DNA of 64,000 nucleotides from the human T2T-CHM13v2.0 reference genome, Homo sapiens. The stretch is from the NCBI RefSeq assembly GCF_009914755.1, contig NC_060928.1. One strand, given 5' to 3'. Below are positions 1 to 14,140 of the stretch, piece by piece (position 1 is the first letter of the stretch; every line of letters starts with the position of its first letter). The notes below the pieces were generated by a model, which worked only from the letters and a program-made list of their open reading frames with translations, had not been told where the DNA came from and searched no databases. The position numbers and the translations under genes were made by a program.

Positions 1-495
<495 letters not shown>

Positions 496-1444
496 TCAGG
501 TACTGTTGGTAATTTACATGTGCCATCTCACCAAATTTTCAACCCTATGAAGTCCATTTTACAGAGATAATAACTTGCTCAAAATCATGCAGTTAGCAAG
601 ATGGCTCAGAATCTCTATTCATAACCTCTATACATACTGCCTTTGTTATGTTTCATGTTATCAGAAATGTTTAAAAATCACTTTGGAATGTTATTTATCA
701 CAACAAACAAAAGTTACATCATCCTAAGCTTCTAAAAGCCAATCTGAACAGTTTGACCAAATGAAAACTTAAGGTAGACTAAGACCCCATTGTACCCAAC
801 CTTGCATACTCAAGGTTGATGAGGTACTATTCCTGCTATTCTCTAGTTACTTGGTGAGGCCATCACTAATCTCAACAGATTCTGGTGGTTTGAAGGCAGT
901 GGCCACCTGAATCAAGAAATAAAATGTTGACTACAAGCAGAGCAAGTAACTGTATGATATTCCTTTTTCCCCAGGACAAATGTTTCCACTATTTTCATTC
1001 TGATCCATCAACAATGTGATTAGACTTCCTGGTCCCACTGAAAAATGGAACTAAGTTCTCACAGTTTAAATCCTAAGGCCTTTCTTGAAAATAATAGCTA
1101 GCACTGAACATTTAACCAGGTTCTAGGTACTATATTCTGGATAAGAATTATCTCCATTTAATAAATGTGAAAACTGAGTCTTGGGAGATCTGCTCAGTTA
1201 TAAAGATAACATGTGGAAGAATTAAGATTTGAATCCAAGTCTGTCTGACTGCAAAACATTTGCCCTTACAAACCATGGTACATTGCTCCCATAATGTGGA
1301 GGGTGGGCATGACTGAATCGTGCTGAGCCCCAGGAATCAGTGGACATAACCTTGGATCTGAGGCACGTGGGCCACAGTTGATGGCTGCCTTGAGACAATC
1401 CAGAAGCTGATTTATGGCAGTGATTCATAGTGTGTCCTTTAGAG

Positions 1445-1728
1445 CAGGAGTCCCCAACCCCATGGTACTGGTCCATGGCCTGCTAGGAACCAGGCCGCAC
1501 AGCAGGGCATGAGAGGCAGGCAAGTGAGCATTACTGCCTGAGCTCTGCCTCCTGTCAAATCAGTGGCAGCATTAGATTCTCATGGGAGCATGAGCCCTAT
1601 TGCGAACTGCACATGCAAGGGATCTAGGCTGTGTGCTCCTTATGAGAATCTAATGCCTCTGAAACCATTCGTCCTCCTCCCCGGTCTGTGGAACTGGTCC
1701 CTGGTGCCAAAAAGGTTGGAGACTGTTG
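1445..1728 (+). mobile_element. MER1B-like hAT-Charlie DNA transposon
   Basis: Termini CAGGAGTCCCCAACC ... GGTTGGAGACTGTTG; perfect 8-bp TSD CTTTAGAG at 1437-1444 and 1729-1736. Confidence 0.85.
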
Positions 1729-1832
1729 CTTTAGAGCCAGTATAGCATATTTTAAAGATACTATATTGTAGTATTATGCAATAAATAAATGAAAAATTCC
1801 AATGAAGAGTTCTTGCTATGTCACAGGTCAGG

Positions 1833-1882
1833 GATGATGATGATGATGAAGATGATGATGATGATGATGATGATGGTGATGA
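1833..1882. repeat. (GAT)n microsatellite
   Basis: Visible directly in the sequence. Confidence 0.9.
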
Positions 1883-2239
1883 TACTAGCTAACAATGATT
1901 GAATTCTTTCTTTGTGTCAAGCATTCTGTTAAGCACATTATATGCATAACCTCATTTAAACAGGAAAGAAAATCAACTGTCCTTTGAGTGGTATCCGGTA
2001 CTTGAGCCATTACTCAATCATCGTTTGACTTCCTTCTTGGACTTAAAATAGTATATGGCATTGTTTCAGGCAAGATTTGTTATTGCTTAAAATTCTCATA
2101 TGAGGCAATCGTACCTGAATTGTGCAATGCATTTGGGCAATATTTGTATGAAGAAACCATGTGACAAAATGGGAACATGCACACACACATACAAAACAAA
2201 CAACAATAAAATAAATAAAAATAAAGAATTCAGCCTTTT

Positions 2240-2350
2240 CAGGAGAATCGCTTAAACCCAGGATGCACAGGTTGCAATGAGTCGAGATCATGCTACTGCA
2301 CTCCAGTCTGAGTGACACAGCGAGACTCTGTCTTAAAAACAACAACAAAA
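2240..2350 (+). mobile_element. 5'-truncated Alu (right-arm fragment)
   Basis: CAGGAGAATCGCTTAAACCC...GACTCTGTCT plus A tail; flanked by the repeat AATTCAGCCTTTT. Confidence 0.85.
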
Positions 2351-3038
2351 AAATTCAGCCTTTTGTATTATTTGAGTGTTTGGTTATGCTCTCATGAAAT
2401 AAAAAGATTATGAAGAATGGGAAGTTGGTTTATGGAAATCTAGTGAAATGCATGGCATGTAGGCTTTGAAATCAGGTGGAGGTTCCGATCCTAACTATGT
2501 TACTTGGCAAGTTTGTGAACTCTTCTGAGCCTCCTTGACTAAAATGCTGATAATACCTGCTGCATAGACTTCTTATAGGATTAAACAAACACACTTAAAA
2601 CAACTAGAAGAGATCTTAGCTCAAGATAGGGTCTCAATAGAAGTAATTGACTTCCACTCCCCAACCTTACCCTGGATTCTACCTGCCAAACTCTACAGTG
2701 TTTACTGACTTCTCCTTCCTTCACCCTCTTTTCTATGTCCCATTTTTATAGTTTTGTATTTCCTAATTACTTTTATTTACTCATTTATTTGTTCAAAGGT
2801 ATTTACTGAACAACTGCTATATATGAGGTACTAGAATAAGCACTGAGGCGGCAATGGTAAGCTAAACCAAACAGAATTCCTGGTTATGGCCTAGTGAGAG
2901 AGACAGGCATTAATCACACAAGCAGGAAGAAAGCTACCAGCTGAGCCACATGCTTTGAAGGAAAAGATCACATCTCTAGGCTGAAAAGTGAGGGAAGTGA
3001 AGTTGGGTGGGAGCCTGAAGAGAATGAGCGTGGTCTAT

Positions 3039-3900
3039 GATAGGTGGTGCTGGTGCTAGTGGATGTGGTGGTGATGGTGGAGTTGATGGTGATGATGGAG
3101 GTGGTAGTGATGGTGGAGTTGATGGTGGTGATGGAGGCAGTGGTGATGATGGTGGTGATGGTGATGATAAGGTGGTGGTGAAGGTGGAGTTGATGGTGAT
3201 GATGGAGGTGGTGGTGATGGTGGAGTTGATGGTGGTGATAGAGGTGGTGGTGATGGTGGAGTTGATGGTGGTGATAGAGGTGGTGGTGATGGTGGAGTTG
3301 ATGGTCATAAGGTGGTGGTGATGGTGGAGTTGATGGTGATGATGGAGGTGGTGGTGATGGTGGAGTTGATGGTCATAAGGTGGTGGTGATGGTGGAGTTG
3401 ATGGTGAGGATGGTGGTGGTGGTGATGGTGGAGTTGATGGTGGTGATGGTGGAGTTGATGGTGATGATGGAGGTGGTGGTGATGGTGGAGTTGGTGGTGA
3501 TGGTAGAGTTAATGGTGATGATGGAGGTGGTGGTGATGGTGGAGTTGGTGGTGGTGATGGTGGAGTTGATGGTGATGATGGAGGTGGTGGTGATGGTGGA
3601 GGTGATGGAGGTGGTGGTGGTGATGATGGAGTTGATGGTGATGATGAGGTGGTAGTGATGGAGTTGATGATGGTGATGGAGGTAGTGGTGATGGTAGAGT
3701 TGATGGTAATGATGGAGGTGGTGGTGATGGTGGAATTGATGGTGGTGATAAGGTGATGGTGATGGTGGAGTTGATGGTGATGATGAAGGTGGTGGTGATG
3801 GTGGAGTTGATGATGGTGATGGAGGTGGTGATGATGGTGGAGTCAATGGCAATGATGAGGCGATGGTGGTGATGATATTGGAGGTACTGGTGATGATGGA
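3039..3900. repeat. ~860-bp (GGT/GAT) tandem array with higher-order units
   Basis: Recurrent unit GGTGGTGGTGATGGTGGAGTTGATGGTGATGATGGA; source of the spurious MVVMVEL / TITTTS ORFs. Confidence 0.95.
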
Positions 3901-4426
3901 GGGAATGTGGTAGGAAGTAGCATTCACAACAGAGGGAACAATATATTCAAAGAATCAGTAGTGGTGGAACCTCTGCATGTCTGAGAAGCTGAAGGACTAG
4001 TGTGGCTGGCATGTGGTTGGTGAGAGAGAAGGAGCAGAGACCAAAAGGAAAGCAGAATCCACACCACAGACCCTAGAGGGCCTTGTAGAATATGTTAAGC
4101 ATTTGGATCCTAGTCCTAAGAACAACTAGATGCCACAGAAAAGCTTAAACATGGGGCGAGGTGAGGTGATCAGATTTGCATTGTGAAAAGATCATTCTAA
4201 TTCTTTATGGTCCAATAATGGTAGCTACTAGCTACACATGGCTACTGAACACTGAAATATTGCTAGTTTTAGTAGAGATGTAAAATAGACACTGGATTTC
4301 AAAGACTTAGTATAAAAAATGTAAAATATCTCATTAATTTAAAAATATTAATTATATCTTGAAAAAGTATTTCAGATTAAATGTAATTAAAATCAATTTT
4401 AAAATTATTTTTAAAAACAATTACTA

Positions 4427-4720
4427 GGCCAGGCATGATGGCTCATGCCTCTAATCCTAGCACTTTGGGAGGATGAGGTGGTAGGATTGCTTGAGCCCAG
4501 GAGTTCGAGACCAGACTGGGAAACATAGGGAGACCCTGTCTCCAATAAAACAAAAAAGTTAGCTGGGTGTGGTTGCACACACCTATGGTCCCAGCTACTT
4601 GGGAGGTTAAGGCAGGAGGATCACTGGAGCCCAGGAGGTCAAGACTGCAGTGAGCCATGATCATGCCATTGTACTCCAGTCTGGATGGCAGAGCAAGACC
4701 CTGTCTCAAAAACAGACAAA
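4427..4720 (+). mobile_element. AluJ-like element, inside a MER3/MER33-type DNA transposon remnant (~4210-5160)
   Basis: Dimeric Alu with J-type features (GAGCCCAGGAG, CCATGATCATGCC). Confidence 0.85.
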
Positions 4721-4767
4721 ACCCATTTCCCCCACTCCCCAAAAAACCAATTACCTGTTTCTTGTTA

Positions 4768-5178
<411 letters not shown>

Positions 5179-5396
5179 CTACGGAGAAGGCACAGTAGAG
5201 GAGAACATTTAGGAAGTTGTCTTTGTACTCCAGGAAAGAGAGGAGGAGGTAGCTTGAACTAGGATGACGGCAGTGGGAATAAAAAGAGTTGGATGAATTC
5301 AAGGTAAAATGAGCACAACTAAGAGCTGCAGCAGATGCATCTGGATGGATGGTGGAGCTTCATGTTGAAATAACACCAGAAAAAAATCAGCCTTGG

Positions 5397-7650
5397 TGAT
5401 ATGGTTTGGCTCTGTGTCCTCACCCAAATCTCATCTTGAATTGTACTTCCATAATTCCCATGTGTTGTGGGAGGGACCTGGTGGGAGATAATTTGAATCA
5501 TGGGGGCAGTTTCCCCCATACTGTTCTCGTGGTAGTGAATAAGTCTCATGAGATCTGATGGTTTTATAAGGGGTTTCTGCTTTTGGATCTTCCTCATTTT
5601 CTCTTGCCGCCACCATGTAAGAAGTGCCTTTTGCCTCCTGCCATGATTCTGAGGCCTCCCCAGCCATGTGGAACTGTAAGTCCAATTAAACCTCTTTTTT
5701 TTTTCCAGTCTTGGGTATGTCTTTATCAGCAGTGTGAAAATAGACTAATATAGTAAATTGGTACCAGTAGAGTGGGGTGCTGCTGAAAAGACACCCAAAA
5801 ATGTGGAAGCAACTTTGGAACTGGGTAACAGGCAGAGGTTGGAACAGTTTGGAGGGCTCAGAAGAAGACAGGAAAATGTAGGAAAGTTTGGAACTTCCTA
5901 GAGACTTGTTGAATGGCTTTGACCAAAAGCATGATAGCAATATGTACAATAAAGTCTAGGCTGAGGTGATCTCAGATGGAGATGAGGAACTTGTTGGGAA
6001 CTGGAGCAAAGGTGACTCTTGTTATGTTTTAGCAAAGAGACTGGTGGTATTTTGTCCCTGCCTTAGAGATTTGTAGAACTTTGAACTTGACAGAGATGAT
6101 TTAGGGTATCTGGCAGAAGAAATTTCTAAGCAGCAAAGCATTTAAGAGGTGACTTGGGTGCTGCTAAAGGCATTCCATTTTATAAGGGAAGCAGAGCAGA
6201 AAATTTGCAGCCTGACAATATGACAGAAAAGAAAAACCTGTTTTCTGAGGAGAAATACAAGCCACTGCAGAAATTTGCATAAATAATGAGGAGCTGAATA
6301 TTAATCCCCAAGACAATAGGGAAAATGTCTCCAGAGGTCTTCACAGCAGCCCCTCCCATCACAGGCCCAGAGGCCTAAAAGAAAATGGTTTTGTGGGCCA
6401 GGCCCAGGGTCCCCATGCTGTGTGCAGTCTAAGGATTTGGTGCCCTGTGTTCCAGACACTCCAGCCATGACTAAAAGGAGCCAAGGTACAGCTTGGGCTG
6501 TTGCTTCAGAGGGTGGAAGCCCCAAGCTTTGGCAGCTTCCACATGGTGTTGAGTCTGCGGGTACACCAAAGTCAAGAACTGAGGTTTGAGGAACCTCCAC
6601 CTACATTTCAGAAGATGTATGGAAATGCCTGGATGTCCAGGCAAAAGTTTGCTGCAGGGGCAGGGCCCAGATGGAGAACCTCTGCTAGGGCAGTGCGGAA
6701 GGGAAATGTGGGGTTGGAGCCGTCACAGAGAGTCTCTACTGGGGCACTGCCTAGTGGAGCTGTGAGAAGAGGGCCATTGTCCTCCAGACCCTAGAATGGT
6801 AGATCTGCCGACAGCTTGCATTATGCAACTGGAAAAGCCACAGACACTCAACACCAGCCCATGAAAACAGCCAGGAGGGGAGCCATACCCTGCAAAGCCA
6901 CAGGGGCAGAGTGGCCTGAGGCCATGGGAACCCACCTCTTGCATCAGCGTGACCCAGATGTGAGACATGGTGTCAAAGGAGATCATTTTGGAGCTTTAAG
7001 ATTTGACTGCCCTGCTGGATTTCAGACTTGTAAGGGGCCAGTAGCCCTTTTCTTTTGGCCAATTTCTCCCATTTGGAATGGCTGTATTTACCCAATGCCT
7101 GTATCCCCATTGTATCTAGGAAGTAACTAACTTGCTTCTGATTTTACAGGCTCATAGGTGGAAGGGACTTGCCTTGTTTCAGATAAGACTTTGGACTGTG
7201 GACTTTTGAGTTAATGATGAAATGAGTTAAGACTTTGGGGGAACTGTTCGTTTTGAAATGTGAGGACATGAGATTTGGAGAGGCCAGGGGCAGAATGATA
7301 TGGTTTGGCTCTGTGTCCCCACTGAAATCTCATCTTGAATTGTACTCTCATAATTCCCACATGTTGTGGGAGGGACCTGGTGGGAGATAATTTGAATCAT
7401 GAGGGCAGTTTCCCCCATACTGTTCTCATGGTAGTGAATAAGTCTCATGAGATCTGATGGTTTTATCAGGGGTTTCTGCTTTTGCATCTTCCTCATTTTT
7501 TCTTGCTGCCACCATGTAAGAAGTGCCTTTTGCCTCCGGCCATGATTCTGAGGCCTCCCCAGCCATGTGAAATTTTAAGTCCAATTAAACCTCTTTTCTT
7601 TTCCAGTCTCAGGTATGTCTTTATTAGCAGTGTGAAAATGGACTAATACA
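5397..7650 (+). mobile_element. Full-length THE1 (THE1A-like) MaLR: LTR 5397-5752, internal 5753-7295, LTR 7296-7650
   Basis: Two ~355-bp direct repeats starting TGATATGGTTTGGCTCTGTGTCC and ending GACTAATA(T/C)A; ~1.55-kb THE1 internal region; 5-bp TSD CTTGG/CCTGG. Confidence 0.93.
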
Positions 7651-7969
7651 CCTGGCAAAAATATTTTGAGCTCAGATTGGGACATATTGAATGTGCATGC
7701 TCTGAGACAAATGTCTCAAGTAGGCAGTTGCCTATCTAGGTCTGGAGCTCAGGTGAGATATTTGGGCAAGAGATTTAAATTGGAAAGTTATTGGGTTATG
7801 GACAGCATAAATGAGATTCATTAAGAAGAAAGCAGCCAGTGAGAAGTGGCCTCGGACCTAGACTTGGGAAATGGGGCAGGGAAGGAGATAACATTGAAAA
7901 AGAGGGTTTAAAGGAAAGACTAAGTATGTGGTCATTCAAGGAAAAGGAGAGAACGTTTAAGAAAGGAGA

Positions 7970-8285
7970 GGCCAGCTGGGTGCGATGGCTCATGCCTGTA
8001 ATCTCAGCACTTTGGGAGTCCAAGGCGGTGAATCACCTGAGGTCAGGAGTTCCAGACCAGCCTGGCCAACATGGTGAAACCCCGTCTCTACTGAAAATAC
8101 AAAAATTAGCCAGGTGTGGTGGTGCGTACTTGTAATCCCAACTACTTGGGAGCTGAGGTAGGAGAATCGCTTGAACCTGGGAGGTGGAGGTTGCAATGAG
8201 CCGATGAGCCGAGACTGTGCCACTACACTCCAGCCTGGGCGACACAGTAAGACTTTGTCTCAAAAAAAAAAAAAAAAAGAAAAAG
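7970..8285 (+). mobile_element. AluS-like element
   Basis: Dimeric Alu with poly(A) tail. Confidence 0.9.
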
Positions 8286-9984
8286 AAAGGAGTGGTCAGT
8301 CACATCTGCTCTGAGAGGTTAAGCAACATGAGGACCAAAAAATGTCTGGGGGAGTGAGAAATGCAGTGGTCCCTGATAACCTTTGCAAGTGCTGTTTGGA
8401 TGGAGTGATGAGGTGGAAGCCAGACTGGAATAGAGGGAAGACTGGGTAAAAGGAGAGGAGATAGAGACAGTAGGTACAGAAAACTCTTTAAAGGTGTTGC
8501 GCTGTGAAGTGGAGAGAGAGAGAAAGAGAGAAGTTTGAAGGAGACCAAAAAGATTTTTTGCTGTTGTTCATTTTAAAAATAAATATGGAAAACTTGAGCA
8601 TGTGTGAATATTGGTAGGAATGGTCTGGATAAGATGGAATAGTAGAACACAAAAGAAAAGAGAGGGATAATAAGCAGAGCATCTAGATAACATCTACATA
8701 GGACAAGTGGGTACCCAGCATCCTTGGAGGTCCCCTCTTCTACTGTGGTAGGAAGGTGGAGGGGGTGTTTGGGTATAAGTTCAGGTGTGGGAAGTTAGAA
8801 TTTCTCTAGATGGTTTTAATTTTCTCTGTGAAATAAGAGATAAAGTCATTCCTGGAAAGGATGTGAGGAGGCAGAAGCTGCTGGTGGCTGGACAAGAGTG
8901 GAGTAAGCTTGAGACAGTGTTGCAGGAATTGCAAGAGAGCTGGCTCAAGAAATGCAATAAAGTACCTGGTCTCCTCTAAGAAGGCATGTCATAGGGTTCT
9001 TTTAGGTTTGGGGTTTTGTCACATAGGGGCATAAGGAGAAGAGACAGTGATGGCTCCAGAATTTCTGTTCAGTAGAGCTTTAGAAGAAGCAATCTGATTT
9101 GGGGATAGGAGGGCTTGAAGCATCTTGTACAGTATTTTACATTAGGTATATTAAGAAAACATCAATTGTTCATATAGAAGAACAGGGAAGACATAGGAAA
9201 ATTGAGAATGATGTAAAGCCCTCTCCTGCAACCTTGCGTTCACCAACACCACCGGAAAGAGTTTCTGGTTTTGGCAAGGGTGATATGGAGATTCTGAAGT
9301 CTGGGAGCTCTTCCAAAAGCCAGTAAGAAGGGCTGTGCACTATCTGAACTTCCCTGAAGTAGTTCATTCCAGCACTCCTGGGCAGCTGGCATTCATGTTC
9401 AGACCATCTGGTGGCCACACTCAGGATGGATTTTTTCCCCTATAAAAAGGGGTCAGGTCTCTCTGTTTTGCAATTAGCAATTTGGGGGGCCAAGTATGAC
9501 TCCCCATAGTATGCTATGAGAATGGGAAGCCCAGGGATCTGCTGATTCTTCTGCTGTGAGGTCCAACTTGAACCAAGTATTTGTCTGAGAAGAATGGAGG
9601 TAACAAATGGATTGGAAAGAGGAGGGATCAGTGGACTCTGATCAAGATGCAGGAGGTTTGAATGAGTCGTTCTGAAGGCTGGGTAACTGTAGGTGATGAC
9701 AAAGTCCAGGGCGTGGCTGAAGGGGCATAGAGGAGAAGATCCCTGCAGAGGAGGAGGTAAAGGAACTGAGCAGCCAGGGTGTTGGGTAGGTCATCTGTGG
9801 GAACACTGAAGGCATTGGGTCTCCTGGAAGATCTTGAGAAGAAGAAGACTCTGAGCAGGTCCCAAAGTCTTCAAAAAGTAAGAGGAGTAACTAGGAGGTC
9901 AGCAGATGGTGACAGAAGTTGAAGGGCATGAGGACAATGTGGTCCAGTGGCATGAGACTAGAGCCTCACGTGAACTGGTTTTCT

Positions 9985-10395
<411 letters not shown>

Positions 10396-11614
10396 ATTTT
10401 TAGTTTTTAAAGGAACCTCCATACTGTTTTCCATAGTGGTTTTATTAATTTACATTCCTACCAACAGTGTACAATGGTAAGGATGTGGAGAACATCCTTA
10501 CCAGCTCTGATATTCTGTCTTTTTGATAAAAGCCATTCTAACTGTGTGAGATGGTATCTCATTGTGGTTTTGATGTGCATTTTTCTGATGATTCGTGATA
10601 TTGAACATTTTTTCCTATACCCCTTGGCCATTTATATATTTTCTTTCAGGAAATGTCACCTCATATCTTTTTCCCCATATTTTAATCAGATTTTTTTTTT
10701 TTTGCTGTGGAGTTGTTTGAGCTCCTTATATATTCTGGTTATTAATCCCTTGTCAAATGGATAGTTTGCAAATATTTTCTTTCACTCTGTGAGTTGTCTC
10801 TTGGTTGTTTTCCTTGCTGTGTGTAAGCTTTTTAGCTTGATAAAATTCTATTTGTTTATTTTTGCTTTGGTTGCCTGTACTTTTGAGATCTTATGTAAAA
10901 ATTCTTTGCCCAGACCAGTGTTCTAGAGCGGTCCCTAAAGGTTTCTTCTAGAACTTTCATAGCTTCAGGTCTTAGACATAAGTCTTTAATCCATTTTTAT
11001 TTGATTGTTGTATATGGTAAGAGATAGGAGTTTAGTTTCATTCTTCTGCATATAGATATCCAGTTGTCTCAGCACCACTTATTGAAGAGACTGCGCTCTC
11101 CCCATTGCATGCTCTGGTACCTTTGTAAAAAATTAGTTGGCTGTAAATGTGTGGATTTACAGCTGGGTTCTCCATGCTGTTCCATTGGTCTATGTGTCTT
11201 TTTTTTATGCCAATATCATGCTGATTTTGTTACTATGGCTTTGTAGTATATTTTGAAGCCAGATAGAGTGATGCCTCTGGCTTCATTCTTTTTGCTCAGG
11301 ACTGCTTTGGCTATTCAGAGTCTTTCGTGATTCCATATAAATTTTAGGATTGTTTTTCTATTTTTGTGAAGAATGTCATTAGTCTTTTCATGAGGATTGC
11401 ACTGAATCTATAAATTGCTTTGGATAGTACTGTCATTTTAAAAATATTAATTCTGTCAATCCTTGAGCATGAAATATCTTTCCATTTTTTGGTGTGTGTT
11501 CTCTTCAACTTCTTTTTCCAGTGTGTTATAATTTTCCTTGTATGGATAAATGAAATTGCTTTCTTGATTTCTTTTTCAGATTGTTCACTGTTAGTGTATA
11601 TAAATGTTACTAAT

Positions 11615-11893
11615 TTTTTTTTTTTTTGATACAGGGCCTGGCTCTGTTGCCTAGAATGGAGGGCAGTGGTGCGATCTCAGCTCACTGCAACCTCCACATC
11701 TGGGGCTTGTGATCCTCTCACTTCAGCATCCCAAGTAGGTGCAGGTGCACGCCACCATCGCCAGGTAATTTTTGTATTTTTTTTTGGTATAGACAGGCTG
11801 CCCAGGCTGGTTTTGAACTCCTGAGCTCAAGCCATTTTCCTGCCTCTGCCTCCCAAAGTGCTGGGATTACAAAGTCAGCTACCGCACCCAGCA
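11615..11893 (-). mobile_element. AluJ-like element inserted in the L1
   Basis: Poly(T) followed by an antisense Alu dimer. Confidence 0.8.
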
Positions 11894-12451
11894 CTACTGA
11901 TTTTTTGATTTTGTATCCTGCAATTTTACTGAATTTGTTCATTAGTTCTAATAGCTTTTTTTGTGTGTGTGAAGTATTTAGGTTTTCCTAAATATAAGAT
12001 CATGTCATCTGTGTACAAGCCTGATTTGATTTCTTCCTTTCCAACTTGGGTGCCCTTGATTTCTTTCTCTTGTCTAATTGCTCTCACCAGTACTTCCAGT
12101 ATTATGTTGAATAAAAGCAGTCAAAGTGGGTATCCATGTCTTGTTCCAGGTCTTAGAGAGAAACTTTCCATTTTTCCCCATTCAGCATGATATTGGCTGT
12201 GGTTTGCCATATACAGTGAGGTATATTCCTTCTACACCTAGTTCATTGAGGGTTTTTATCATGAAATGATGTTGAATTTTATCAAATGCTTTTTCATCAT
12301 CTATTAAAAAGATCATATGGTTTTTGTTCTTGGTTCTGTTAATGCAACGAATCACATATATTGATTTGCTTATGTTGAACCATTCTTGCATCCCTTGGAC
12401 AAATCCCACTTGATCATAGTGAATGATCTTTTTAATGTGCTGTTGGATTCA

Positions 12452-12553
<102 letters not shown>

Positions 12554-13096
12554 TCAGGACAATGCTGGTTTTGTAGAATGAGTTTGGAAGAATTCCCTCC
12601 TTGTCAATTGTTTTTGAGGAGTTTGACTAGAATTGGTATCAGTTATTTAAATATTTGGTAGAATTTAGCAGTGAAGCCATCGGGTCATGGGGTTTTCTTT
12701 GAGAGAAATTTTTTATTATGACTTTGATCTCATTACTTGTTATTGGTTTATTGAGGTATTCTATGTATGCACAGTTCAGTCTTGGTAGGTTGCATGTGTC
12801 TAGGAATTTATCCATTTCTTCTAGGTTTTTCAATTTGTTGGTGTATAATTGTTCATCCTAGTCTTTAATGATTCTTTGTATTCTGTGATATCAGTTGTAA
12901 TGCCCCCCTTTTCATTTCTAATTTTATTTATTTCTTCTCTCTTTTTTCTTAGTCTAGCTAAAGGTTTGTTGATTTTATCTTTTCAAAAAGCCAACTTTTT
13001 GTTTTGTTGGTCTTCTGTATGGTTTAGTCTCAATATCATTTATTTCTGCTATGATCTTTATTATTTCTTTCCTCCTATTAATTTTTGGTTGGTGTA

Positions 13097-14140
<1,044 letters not shown>

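Noticed and set aside
2976-3927. Thr/Ser/Pro-rich and Met/Val-rich ORFs resembling mucins or extensins
   Set aside because: Translations of the GGT/GAT tandem array; no splice or promoter context.
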